Assembly: GCF_902713615.1 (NCBI RefSeq)
Contig: NC_052149.1
Coordinates: forward strand, 71,103,443 to 71,167,442
Length of the DNA: 64,000 nucleotides
Direction of reading: 5' to 3'
Source of the DNA: Scyliorhinus canicula
Lineage: Eukaryota
Positions within the stretch are counted from its first letter, which is position 1; each line of letters begins with the position of its first letter. Under the pieces are notes generated by a model, which saw nothing but the letters and a program-made list of their open reading frames with translations, had not been told where the DNA came from and searched no databases. The position numbers were made by a program, and so were the translations under genes. This document shows, one piece after another, positions 12,200-24,700 of the stretch.

Positions 12200-14430
12200 G
12201 TCTTTTGGTAAGAGAGCTGTTACACAAGATGTATTTAACTTCAGGGTAAAGGAAAGCAACTAAGATATGCTGGAAAACGTGAAAATACAGGAAAATTAAG
12301 GCCATATTAATGGCCGATTTGAATAATTTAACAGACCAGTAGATGTAAATGGCAAAGAGGGGGATTGGTTTCCGTCATGCAAGAAACGTGAAGTGAATAG
12401 CCTGGAAGGATATGCTAAGAAATGATGACCATAGAACTCTTGGATGAAATATAAATAGAATAGCCAAATGATAAAGGCACTTAACTCTAAGCAAGCCAAA
12501 TTTCAATTTGATCAAAAAAAATAAACACTGATCAATTGTATTGGAAAATTGGTCAATAAAGTAATGCAGGAAGTGGCGCTGTGAAATCTGTGATTTCTTT
12601 TTCAGTAATAAAATTAAAATGATACTTTTAACAAATCTAGGGCTAATGCAACAGAGATTTGAGCATATTGAAGAGAGATGAAGCACAAGGAGTGATTAGA
12701 ATGGCCAAGAGGAGACTTGAAGAAAGACTGGCGGGTAATGCAAAGGGAGATAGTACAAAGATTTTAAAAGCACCTGTAAGTAAAGTAGTAGAGCAGGGCT
12801 GATTAAATTTGAAACAGTAAAGGAATGGTTAAGATCATAAATGTATACTGCATTAAAGGGTGTAATAGTGGAAATGTAGGCCAACTACATTAGCTATGGA
12901 AAAAAGAGCGTTAAAACATTGAATAAAAATGCACCAGGTCAGACCCATGCATCTTAGAAGTCCGAAGGAAGGCAGAAGGAAATTGTAAAAGCACCCAACA
13001 ATCTTGCAAACATCTTTACATAACATTGTGCCAGAGGACTAGAGGGATGCCAATGTAACCTTTGTTCAAAAAGGGAGAAAGAGGTAATCGCGGACCAGTC
13101 AGCCTAATGGGTAAGATTCTAGAGGCCTATAAAATATTCTTCTAATTAAGGTGGCTGGTATGGATTTAAGAAAGCAGGTTATTGGGGATAAAATGAAGTG
13201 CATTGACAAATGAAATGTGCGTATTGATTTTCAGTCTCGATAAGATGCTACAGAGGACTTAATGATATTGAGGCACAGGGTGCGAGATGGAATGGTAGCA
13301 TAGATTAAGGCTCAAGGCACGAGGGGGAATGTCGGCTTGTATAGGAACATATCAAAGGACCAAAAATGGTCGAGTTGAAAGGGAGACCATTTAAATAGTG
13401 GTTTTATTAACAACTCAGCGTTGGAACTGCTGCGTTTCTCTGCATGAATTTCTCTGCATGCATATGGAACTTGCATGTCGGTATAGCAGCACAGGATCAG
13501 AAATTGCCCGGGACATAAATAGGGAATGCGGTTTAATTGGCTTCAGCAAAGCATAGATAAATTAGCAACTTGGTCAGATAGACGTTGGGGGAAATTTAGT
13601 ATGGGAAATGCAATGCATTCTGGGTGGAAGGTTTGAACTGGTTTGATGGTGAAGAATAGAGAGACTTTCACAAATATCCAAAAACAAGTGTGAGTTAATG
13701 AAGCATTTCTTAAAATAGATTGAGAAGCATGTGGTATTTGGCTTTATAAATGGAGAACCAAAACTCTGGTAGTGTTAAAGAAATACAACAATTGCTTAGA
13801 TTGCATGTTTCTGTCTTTAGAAAGATTCACGATTGGGCGCCACAGTGGCAGCAGTGGTTAGTACTGCTGCCTACAACGCTGAGGACCCGGGTTCGATCCC
13901 GGCCCTGGGTCGCTGTCCGTGCACATTCTCCTGTTTCTGTGTGGGTTACTCCCCACAACCCAAAGATGTGCAGATTAGGTAGATTAGCCACGCTAAATTG
14001 TCCCTTAGTTGGAAAAAAATAATTGGGTACTCTAAATTTTAAAAAGAATAAAGACTCACGACCCTGGAGAGAGGGTGCAGAAGAGATTGGCCATGGTACA
14101 GGGTTGAGAGGTTTTGTTAACACAGCGTGTAGACAATCTGGGGATGATTGAACGGTTTCTCAAAATAGAGTAAATTGGAGGGGTGGGGGAACTGTTTCCA
14201 ATGATCATTGAGTCAGAAATTGGGGGACATGCAAATTTTCGGAGGGTTGAAATGCTGGACCATAAAGGCCAACAGGAAGCCAAATCTATATACTTTTTAA
14301 ATTGTGGATGAATGCATTAAAAAAACAATTTTCAAAGGATATGGGAAAAGATTTGGGGAATGGAACTGGTGTAGTTGCACAGATATGATGAGGCAATGGG
14401 ATCCTAGCAGTGCTATAAAATTATGATTCA
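12200..14430 (+). mobile_element. Highly degraded CR1 LINE in a SERBP1 intron
   Basis: Remnants such as gtgccagaggactagagggatgccaatgtaacc (VPEDWRxANV) and a CR1 3' end; edges approximate. Confidence 0.7.
13835..14050 (+). mobile_element. HE1-like SINE, A-rich tail, ~11-bp TSD
   Basis: TSD aagattcacga / aagactcacga. Confidence 0.85.
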
Positions 14431-14728
14431 TACATACAAGAGGCTAATGTGTTTTACTTTAAGGCATTTGGGGTAAGATGAGTTATTGTCAACATTTCTG
14501 ACTTAATATAAAACAAGGTACGGAGACCATGCTTGGTTGTTTAAAATGGCTATCTTTATGGAAATGCAAATATTTAAAAAATAAGGATCTAGCTACAAGT
14601 TAGCCATGGTTAATTGATGTCCGTACCCTTGGGGGGGGGGTCCCTATGCAAGCTAATCATTTAAACATTTGCAACTCTGATTCATGTTTATTCATTGCAT
14701 CATGTGCCTAATACATATCTGTCTACAG

Positions 14729-14909
14729 GGAAAACGAAGTAGAAGAAGTTAAAGAAGAAGGCCCAAAGGAAATGACCCTGGATGAGTGGAAAGCCATGCA
14801 AGATAAAGAACGGGCAAAAGCGGAGTTTAATATCCGCAAGCCTAATGAGGGTTGCGATAGCAGTCAGTGGAAAAAGGGTTTTGTTTTGCGCAAACCCAAA
14901 ACTGAGGAG
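14729..14909 (+). CDS. SERBP1: SERBP1 coding exon
   Basis: gtctacag|G acceptor and GAG|gttggt donor. Encodes [60 protein letters not shown]. Confidence 0.97.
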
Positions 14910-15298
14910 GTTGGTTTGGCACAACTGTGTTTGTGGAATTAACTGGTCCTGTATTGTATAATCATGAGTAGATATTCTTACAGTTATTGTTCTATTTGAA
15001 AAATGTAATATTGCCATGCCATAGTTTCACTTGGTACGCATGTGTCATTGTAGCTAGACAGCTGGTTTACAAATCATAAAATGTCAGTTTGTAGAAATGG
15101 GCCCAGTTAAATTGGTAGTTGTGAAACCCACAACTTACAATTGATGCATAGTTCAGAAATATTGCATGATAAAAGGCAGTTGTGCAGTATGTTACTTCTG
15201 ATTTTTCATTGTCCTATACTTTTTACAGTAGCTTGTATTTTTTATCTTGTCTATGCCAAAAGTGTGTTCATTATTTAAACTATATTTTCATTTACTAG

Positions 15299-15343
15299 AA
15301 GCGTTTTGAAAGTGAAGCAGATGTTCAGACCTTGGAATATACG
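15299..15343 (+). CDS. SERBP1: Candidate 45-nt in-frame SERBP1 cassette exon (KRFESEADVQTLEYT)
   Basis: tattttcatttactag| acceptor and ACG|gtaatt donor; phase 0/0, open frame, in a TE-free stretch of intron. No counterpart in canonical human SERBP1. Confidence 0.6.
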
Positions 15344-16720
15344 GTAATTAATTTCCAATGCTGTTGTAATTTTCCAATTTAAAAAAATGTCTGTTGCTGT
15401 ACTTTGTTATATGTTGTGATGGCTGGAATATTAGAAGTCCATCACTTTGCATGATATTTCTGCAGTAGTTGAAATTCAGTAGAAAGGCCAGTTGCAGCTA
15501 AGTAAAAACTGCATTCCAAAATATACCAGTAGAAACTATTTTCATTCCTAGAGCTGTGACCATACAGATAGAGCATGTTTGGAACAGTGCTCGAACTTGC
15601 TGGTGCTGTAGATCTTTTGGATCAGTATGTAGCACACAATGAATGGTTGGAGACTTATCCAGTGTGTTCTTTGTGCTGGGTCAGGCTTAGTGTTTGAAAG
15701 CACTTATTAAACCTGGCAAAGCTCCCTGGGTTTGTCTGTATCTATTGTCACTAAAAATGCTTATTTAAAGAAATTTTGGATTATCAGCATTACAGTTGAA
15801 CAGATCCTTTCTTTTGAAAGTTATTGCATAGTAAGCTGAAATCAGGCAAGCCTATTTAATCATGAGTGGTAATTGGTGATGGCCTTTAATTGCACTAGGC
15901 TCACAATTCAGTTTGTGTGCATGTTTTTTCCAAATGCATAACTTCTGTAATTTGTAATTCCGTACCATTCCCCTTCAAGAATGTGTTGGGGTAATGCAAG
16001 TGACAGCTGGTCAATTAATACCATGGCTTCCCCAGTATATTTGTTTGAAGGTTGTTGCTTTAAATTGAAGATGCTATGAAATATAAATGCAATTCTTTAA
16101 TATGCGTGTGCCTTTAATCAGGCCCTGCCAGTGCAGCTTGTGGAGTAGTAGTACCGCAACCTCACCATTAGATGGCCTAACTGCTTCTGGACATCTGGAA
16201 ACCCCATTTTATTTTTGTGGCCATGTCAATATGGAGCTTAAAACTAGTACAGCTCATCTCCTTCCTTGATGAGTTTTGAATTTACAAAGAAAGCAATAAT
16301 CTCGGGATTTCCAGAATTGCATTTGTTTCAATAGTTGAGTGTTAATTTTTTCGGTTTTGCCGTCACACATTCTGGGAAGCATTTTCACTTTAAGAGAAAT
16401 ACATTCATTTTAGAACTTCTTTTGAATTTGTTTCCCACTTGAATGCTGATATAGGTATTGGTCACAGCCCTTTTAGTTTATTTTAACACTTTGAAGTGCC
16501 TGCATCTTTAATATCTATTAGCTTTATTTTTCTGTTTTAAAACGTAGTGACACCTTTGGTTAAACCTTCCCCCCCCCAAAATATTTTGATCTAGCAGCTT
16601 TAGTGTATGTTCAGTGACGCGAATATATATCTACTGTCTTGAGAATTAGCATTGATTTAATTTTTGAGATTGAAGGTCTTTTTGTGTCTCTCTCTACAGT
16701 TTGTCATGATGCACAATTAT

Positions 16721-16891
16721 TTTTAAAAAAATTTACAGTACCCAATTATTATTTTTTTCCAATTAAGGGGAAATTTAGTGTGACCAATCCACTTAATCTG
16801 CACATCTTTGGTTTGTGGGGGTGAAACCCACGCAGACATGGGGAGAAGGTGCAAATTCCACACTGACAGTGACCCAGGGCCGGGATGTGAA
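16721..16891 (-). mobile_element. 5'-truncated HE1-like SINE with 15-bp TSD
   Basis: atgatgcacaattat at 16706-16720 and 16892-16906. Confidence 0.88.
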
Positions 16892-17537
16892 ATGATGCAC
16901 AATTATAACTCAGTTGTATTTTTAAAATTTCTGGTGGTAACCAAGTCCCTGCAATTGCCTATTACCTCAGCATCAAGGTGCATTTAATTGGAGTTAATAG
17001 TCAAATTGCAATTTGGTTACTGTTTTTCATAAAATGCATTTCCAGTCAGTTGGATCCCTTTACCACAGTACTTCCTTCAGCTTCTGCACAGATTACACGT
17101 TTTCTTCAGTCATTTTGGGAAATGGTGTCAACAATGTTATCCTGGCACACTAAGGATATGCCAAATAGTTCTTCTGCAATTCTACTCGTTATATTTCAGA
17201 ATTGCATTTTGTATTTTTGTCATTTTCCAGGGCCTTCAGTCAAGTTGCTTCTGATACCTGTCACTGAGGTGCTTGAAATAAGAATGCCCCACTAAGTGAA
17301 TTCTCTGGGCTTGCTCTGGTCTCGCTCAATTTTTCCTCCCCTACCCACCACCCAAACACTTGTGAAGGATTATATTCGGTATTTGAATTTATGTCTGACT
17401 AATAGTTGTCTTTAAATACAATTTAAGCTAATTAAAAGCTATCTGTCTGTAGCACAGTTGAATATTTGCACACTGCTCTAGACTGTGATTAATTCTAGAT
17501 TAATTTAATTGCAGATTAGTTTTGAGTTTTCAAAGTT

Positions 17538-17780
17538 AGGGTGGCACGGTGGCGCAGTGGTTAGCACTGCTGCCCCATGGCGCCGAGGACCCGGATTCAA
17601 TCCCGGCCCTGAGTCACTATCTGTGTGGAGATTGCACATTCTCCCCATGGCTGCGTGGGTCTCACCCCCACAACCCAAAGATGTGCAGGGGAGCTGAATT
17701 TGCCATGCTAAATTGCCCCTTAATTGTAAAAAAAGAATTGGATACTCTTAAGTGTGTATATATATATATATTTTTAAAAA
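17538..17780 (+). mobile_element. HE1-like SINE, A-rich tail
   Basis: Head gggtggcacggtggcgcagtggttagc plus V-domain. Confidence 0.85.
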
Positions 17781-18037
17781 TTCTTCTCTCTCTTAACCCC
17801 CAGTTTGCATTCAAATTTCCTAATAATTCCAAATGATTAAATTTAAACCTGATTAATAAAAAGTATACTGAAGAACAGTGTAAACTATTTCCGTTGAAAA
17901 TTCTATACTCATCAAAATCTTAAGACTATCTTGAAGAATTTTGAATTAAAAATAAAATGTAATATAGGAAAATTATTTTTATACACCACAATTTCATGTA
18001 TTTTGTTCTCCACATAGCTTGAAGATTTGAAGGATCT

Positions 18038-18590
18038 TGGGGTTGGCACGGTGGCTCAGTGGTTAGCACTGCTGCATCACAGCGGCAAGACCCTGGTTCG
18101 GTCCAGGTCCCGGGTCACTATCTACATAGATAGAACAGTACAGCACAGAACAGGCCCTTCGGCCCTCGATGTTGTGCCGAGCAATGATCACCCTACTCAA
18201 ACCCACGTATCCCCCCTATACCCGTAACCCAACAACCCCCCCTTAACCTTACTTTTAGGACACTACGGGCAATTTAGCATGGCCAATCCACCTAACCCGC
18301 ACATCTTTGGACTGTGGGAAGAAACCGGAGCACCCGGACGAAACCCACGCACACACGGGGAGGACGTGCAGACTCCGCACAGACAGTGACCCAGCCGTGA
18401 ACTGAACCTGGGACCCTGGAGCTGTGAAGCATTTATGCTAACCACCATGCTACCGTGCTGCCCAAATGTGTGGAGTTTACACGTCCTCCCCGTGTCTGCT
18501 TGGGTCTCACCCCACAACCCAAATATATGTGCAGGGTAGGGTGATTAGCCACGTTAAATTGCCCCTTAATTGGAAAAACATTTTAATAAA
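18038..18590 (+). mobile_element. HE1-like SINE containing a nested antisense SINE (18125-18463)
   Basis: Outer TSD gatttga.ggatcttg; inner CR1-tailed SINE on the minus strand. Confidence 0.88.
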
Positions 18591-18745
18591 TGATTTGATG
18601 GATCTTGTATTTCATGGAGCGCATTGAATGTGCATGTCTTTTGGGCGGGTAGACATAGTGTCCGCACGTAGTAGGTCTCCATTTAGTGATTTATTGAATT
18701 AATGCATTTGAGGTGTGAAATAAGAACTGAATATCTTTTTAATAG

Positions 18746-18943
18746 GTTTCTGCTGATGAGTCTGGTTTGGAACATCACTTCCGCAAACCAGCAAATGATA
18801 TAACCTCCCAGCTGGAAATCAATTTTGGTGATTTGGGTCGCCCTGGCCGTGGTGGCAGAGGAGGCAGAGGTGGACGTGGACGTGGTGGCGGCGGAGGCGG
18901 AGGCGGCGGCAGCAGGAGCATCCGTGGCATGAGGCCTGATAAG
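18746..18943 (+). CDS. SERBP1: SERBP1 penultimate coding exon (C-terminal RGG box)
   Basis: tttttaatag|G acceptor and AAG|gtataa donor. Encodes [66 protein letters not shown]. Confidence 0.97.
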
Positions 18944-19367
18944 GTATAAACTGCACCTTGATGTATCTATCATTCGATGGGAGTGGTACCTGTATCCAAG
19001 TTATTAAACCTGACAAGTTAAAGATTTAGAAAACACAAACATTGTTATTAATTTATAATTGCTTTGTCCAAAATGGTACCAAACTATAGAGATCTGAAGG
19101 TTTTTAAAAGTGGTTCTTGCTGAATTTACTTCAGTCAAGAAAGCAGTTGGTATGGTACCATTGGCTTTAGTGTGTTGGACTGAGGAAAGACAAATTGAGC
19201 TACAGTTTCTGCTGTTAATCATGATATAGTGACATCTGCTGGAATGTGCTAATAAATGGTTATCGGTAAGGCCAGGGAGGCAGCGGTGACCTCCTTGGAC
19301 GCTGCATGCACTTGTCTCGATTCACATGTGAATAATGGTTTGTTGGATTAGATACTTTGCTTCAGAA

Positions 19368-21165
19368 AGCAAAATACTGTACACACCCCTGTCAGCATCA
19401 ACGGGGCCGAGGTGGAGATGGTTAGCAGTTTCAAATTCCATGGGATACACATCTCCAAAAATCTGCCGTGGTCCACCCACGTTGGCTCTACCAGCAAGAA
19501 AGCACAACAGCGTCTATACTTCCTCAGGAAACTAAGGAAATTCGGCATCCCCAGATTAAGTCTTAACTTTTACAGATGCACTATAGAAAGCATCCTATCT
19601 GGCTGCATCACAGCCTGGTATGGCAACTGCTCGGCCCAAGACTGCAAGAAACTTCAGAGAGTTGTGAACACAGCCCAGTCCATCTCACAAGCCTACCTCC
19701 CATGCATTGACTCCATCCACACCTCCCGCTGCCTGGGGAAAGCGGGCAGCATAATCAAAGACCATTCCTACCCGGCTTACTCACTCTTCCAACTTCTTCC
19801 ATCGGGAAATACAAAGGTCTTGAGAACATGCACAAACAGACTCAAAAACAGCTTCATACCCACTGTTAACAGACTCCTAAACGACCCTCTTATGGACTGA
19901 TCCTTATAAAGAACTGGTTGGGCAACAGGAGACAGTAGTAGTGGAAGGGAGTTTCTCAAAATGGAGAACTGTGACCAGTGGTGTTCCACAGGGATCCATG
20001 CTGGGTCCACTGTTGTTTGTGATATACATAAATGATCTGGAGGAAGGTTTAAGTGGCCTGATTAACAAGTTTGCAGATGACACTAAGATTGGTGGAGGAG
20101 CAGATAGTGAAGGGGACTGTCGGAGAATACAGCAGAGTATAGATAGATAGATTGGAAAGTTGGGCGGAGAAATAGCAGATGGAGTTCAATCCGTGCAAAT
20201 GTGAGGTGATGCATTTTGGAAGATCCAATTCAAGAGCGAACTATACGGTAAATGAAAAAGCTCTGGGGAAAATTGATGTACAGAGAGATCTGGGTGTTCA
20301 GGTCCATTGTACCCTGAAGGTGGCTGCGCAGGTCGATAGTGGTCAAGAAGGCATACGGCATGCTTTCCTTCATCGGAAGGGGTATTGAGTACAAGAGCTG
20401 GCAGGTCATGTTACAGTTGTATAAGACTTTGGTTCGGCCGCATTTGGAATACTGCGTACTGTTCTGGTCGCCACATTACCTAAAGGATGTGGATGCTTTG
20501 GAGGAGGTTCACCAGGATGTTGCCTGGTATGGAGGGCGCTAGCTATGAAAAGAGGTTGAGCAGATTAGGATTAAAGACGGAGGTTGAGGGGGGACCTCAT
20601 TGAGGTCTACAAAATCATGAGAGGTATAGACAGGGTGGATAGCAAGAAGCTTTTTCCCAGAGTGGGGGACTCGATTACTAGGGGTCACAAGTTCAAGGTG
20701 AGAGGGGAAAAGTTTAAGGCGAGATATGCGTGGAAAGTTCTTTACGCAGAGGGTGGTGGGTACCTGGAACGCATTGCCAGCAGAGGTGGTAGAGGCGGGC
20801 ACGATAGCGTCATTTAAGATGTATCTAGACAGATACATTAATGGGCAGGGAGCAGAGGGATACAGATCCTTAAAAAATAGGTGACAGTTTTAGATAGAGG
20901 ATCTGGATCGGCGCAGGCTTGGAGGGCCGAAGGGCCTGTTCCTGTGCTGTAATTTTTCTTTGTTCTTTTCGTTCTTTGACCTGATTAACACCACCCCTGT
21001 ATGCTTCACCCGATGCCGCTGTTATCTAGTTACATTATGTACCTTGTGTTGCCTTATGTATTTTCTTTTATTTCCTTTTCTTTTCATGTACTTAATGATC
21101 TGTTGAGCTGTTCGCAGAAAAATACTTTTCACTGTAACTTGGCACACGTGACAATAAACAAATGC
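19368..21165 (+). mobile_element. Rex-Babar LINE 3' fragment split by a CR1 insertion
   Basis: ORF 19412-19900 KKAQQRLYFLRKLRKFG..FYRCTIESILSGCITAWYG; the 3'UTR resumes at ~20978 and ends gtgacaataaacaaat. Confidence 0.88.
19901..20977 (+). mobile_element. CR1 LINE 3' ~1.1 kb
   Basis: [30 protein letters not shown] motifs and a (gttcttt)n tail. Confidence 0.92.
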
Positions 21166-21634
21166 AATATACCAGTGCTAGTCTCTGAAGTGAGTCAACT
21201 CCTTTTGAGAGATGGGGAGAAGGAACTATGCATCGATCATTTAGGGTTTTCTCAGGCTAATTGACTGGAACCCGGAATACTAGCAGTCTACCCATGATTA
21301 GAGATTTGTGTGTCAGGAGGATGTGGGTTCAATTTCCACATGCTATGCTTGAGCATATAATCTAGGCTGAAAAAGAAAAAAAATAGTCAATGCAGCACTG
21401 TCTTTTGAATGCAATATTTGACATTGCAGCTGGGCATGGAAGACTCCATAGCACTATTTTAAGAGAAGCAGGCAAGTACTCCACCCACAATTGAGCATTA
21501 TCTTGTTGCAATCGAGACCTTGTTTGTAAATTGATTGCTATCTTTCCCTACATTTCAACTGCAGTTCAAAAGTATTTCATTACCTGTAGGGTTCATTGAA
21601 ATATTTATATAGTCCCTTTTACGATTTCTGAACA

Positions 21635-21791
21635 TCCCAAAGCACATCTTTTTGGTTGTGGGGGCAAAACCCAAGCAAACACGTGGAGAATGTGCAAACT
21701 CCACATGGACAGTGACCCAGAGCCGGGATCGAACTTGGGACGTCGGTACCGTGAGATAGCAGTGCTATCGACTGCGCCATCATGCTGCCCT
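21635..21791 (-). mobile_element. HE1-like SINE, partial
   Basis: Reverse complement of the shared head and body. Confidence 0.8.
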
Positions 21792-24700
21792 GAGGTGAGC
21801 CTGCTTTAAAGTGCAGAGAGAGAGAGGCAAGCCTTCATTAAGAGCGCTGAGTGAAAGGGGCGAGACTTCAGTAATGCGCATGGAGAGACGAGGTGAGACT
21901 TTAATAAAGAGAGCGGAGAGAGAGGTGAGACTTTAATAAAGAGCGCGGAGAGAGGCAAGACTTCAGTAAAGAGCGTGGAGAGAGGCGAGACTTCAGTAAA
22001 GAGCGCCGAGAGAGAGGCGAGACTTCAGTAAAGAGCGCCGAGAGAGTCTCCAGGAACCAGTTTCGGAGGGCAGAGCAGTGAGTATAAAGTAATTTACCTC
22101 TGGTGAGGTTTGGGGATTCCACTGAAATTGGAAACCCTGAAAAAGTGACATCTCAGTAAAGCTCCAATCTGATTGGCTGGTAGGGAAACTGCACTAAATT
22201 TGAAAAAAATTGAACCACTAATTAATTAACTAAGCAGAGGGGTAACCAAACCAGAGGGCAGAGATTATTGTATTTATCATTTGATGTTTTCCTTTTTTAA
22301 TTTAGAGCCCCCAATTCTATTTTTCTAATTGAGGGGCAATTTAGCATGGCCAATCTACCTGCCCTGCACATCCTTTCGGTTTATGGGGGGTGAGACCCAC
22401 GCAAACACTGAGAGAATGTGCAAACTCAACACGGGCCGGGATCGAATCCGGGCCCTCAGTGCCGTGAGGCTGCAATGCTAACCACTACCAACGTGTTGCC
22501 CTTTCATTTGATGTTTATAGTAGAAATCTAGCGAAAGAGACCATATGGTAATTGTAACTTGATTTTATAAGTATTTTTATTTAGTGCTAGAAATGTCTGT
22601 TGGAGGGTAAAGTGTTTCACTTGTGAGATGTGGGAGATCCATGACATGACAGATCCGGCGTTCTGGACAATTACATCGGCAGGAAGTGTACCCAATTGTA
22701 GCTCCTCACAGACTGCATGGATTGGTTGAAGTAGGAGTTGGATGCACTAAGGAGCATGCAGGTGGCGGAAAACAACATAGACAGGAGTTTTGGAGACGTG
22801 GCCACATCAAAGTGCATCAAAGCTAGAAGGGGCAGGCAGCGAGTGCAGGAATCCCCTGTGGATGTCCTCTCTAACAGCTATACACGTTTGGATACTGGTG
22901 GGTGGGTGCGTACAGTAGCCAGAGCCGTGGCAGCACGGCTGGCTCTGTTCAGGGGGGGGTCAAAGTGCAGAAGAAGAATAGTTGTAAGGAACTTAATAGT
23001 CAGGGGCACATTTAGGTGCTTCTGTGGACATGAAAGAGACTCCAGGATGGTATGTTGCCTCCCTGGTGTCAGGGTCAAGGATGTCTCTGGGCACGGGCCA
23101 TTCTGAAGGGCGAGGGTCTTGATGCAGAAGTCATTGGGCATATTGGTACCAATGACATAGGTAGAAAGAGGGATGAGGTCTTGCATCAAGAATTCAGGGA
23201 GTCAGGTAGTAGACTTAAAAAGTCTTGGGTGTAATCTCTGGAGTACACCCAGTGCCATGTGCTAGCGAGTACAGAAATAGAATAGTGCAGATGAATGCGT
23301 GGCTTAAGAGTTGGTGCAGGAAAGAGGGTTTTATATTCCTGGACCACTGGGACAGTTTCTGGAGACCTGTACAAGTGAGATGGGACAGTTTCTTGAGACC
23401 TGTACAAGTGAGATGGTGAACATTTGAACCAGAGCGGGACTAACATCCTTGCTGGCGGATTTGCGAGTGCTGTTGGGAGGAGTTTAAACTAATTTGGCAC
23501 GGGGAGAGGACGCAGACCGTTAGCAGAATAGGGACATAGCATAACACAGAAAAACGATCAAGTCGGGGGAATACAGTGATAGTGAGTTTCAAGGGAGTAA
23601 GACGAGGCTGGATGGCCTCTACTTTAATGCCAGGGGTATTAGAGGTAAAATGGATGAGTTAAGGGAGAGGATTGACATGTGGAATTGTCATATAGTAGCC
23701 ATCGTGGAGACGTGGTTGAGGGAGGGGCAGGATTGGCAGCTTTACGTCCCGGGATATAGACACCCCGGTCATTGTTAATTGGGATTGTCACAGTTAAGGG
23801 CTTGGATGGAGTGGAGTTTTAGCCCAATATGTAAAGGCTCCAACAAGGGACAGTGCAGTGTTGGACCTAATTCTGGGGACCTAACGGACAAAGAAATGGA
23901 CAAGTTGCAAAAAAGGTTGTGGATTGGGGGAGAGTGGATTTTAGTAAAATAAGGCAGTACCTGGTCAAGGTAGACTGGAAAGAGTTACTTGTGAAGAAAT
24001 CTACAGAAGAGCATGGGGGAGTGGAGAACGGAGAGAGAGGGGAGGGTGTTCAAAAAGGAAATGGGGGAGGTACAGGTCTGATATAGAACATACAGCGTAG
24101 AAGGAGGCCATTTGGCCCATTGAGTCTGCACTGACCCACTTAAGCCGTCAGTTCCACCCAACCCCGTAACCCAATAACCCCATCTAACCTTTTTTGGTCA
24201 CTAAGAGTAATTTATCATGGCCAATCCACCTAACCTGCATGTCTTTGGACTGTGGGAGGAAACCGGAGCACACTGAGGAACCCACGCAGACACTGGGAGA
24301 ACGTGCAGACTCCGCAGACAGTGACCCAGCAGGGAATCAAACCTGGGACCCTGGCGCTGTGAAGCCACAGTGCTAATCACTTGTGCTACCATGCTGCCCA
24401 TGTTCCCCTTAGGGTAATAGGAAGGAGTAACCATCCCAGAGAACCTTGGATGACCAGAGATATCCAGGATACAATGAGCAGGAAATGAGAGGCTTTTAGC
24501 AAGTACAAGGGGAGGACATCAATGGAGGCACATTAGTGGAGTACAGAAAGTGCAGGATGGAGTTTAAGGAAGCAATTAGGAGAGCAAAGAAGGGATGTAG
24601 GAAAGCTCTGGCTGGTAAATGTAGGGAAAATACTACATTACAAGATATTCTAGAAGTATATTAATGCGAAGAGAGTAAACCAGGGAAAGAGGGACTAACA

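Noticed and set aside
21845-22045. Regular ~30-bp repeats as a CRISPR-like array
   Set aside because: Eukaryotic DNA, no unique spacers; this is the tandem 5'UTR of a CR1.
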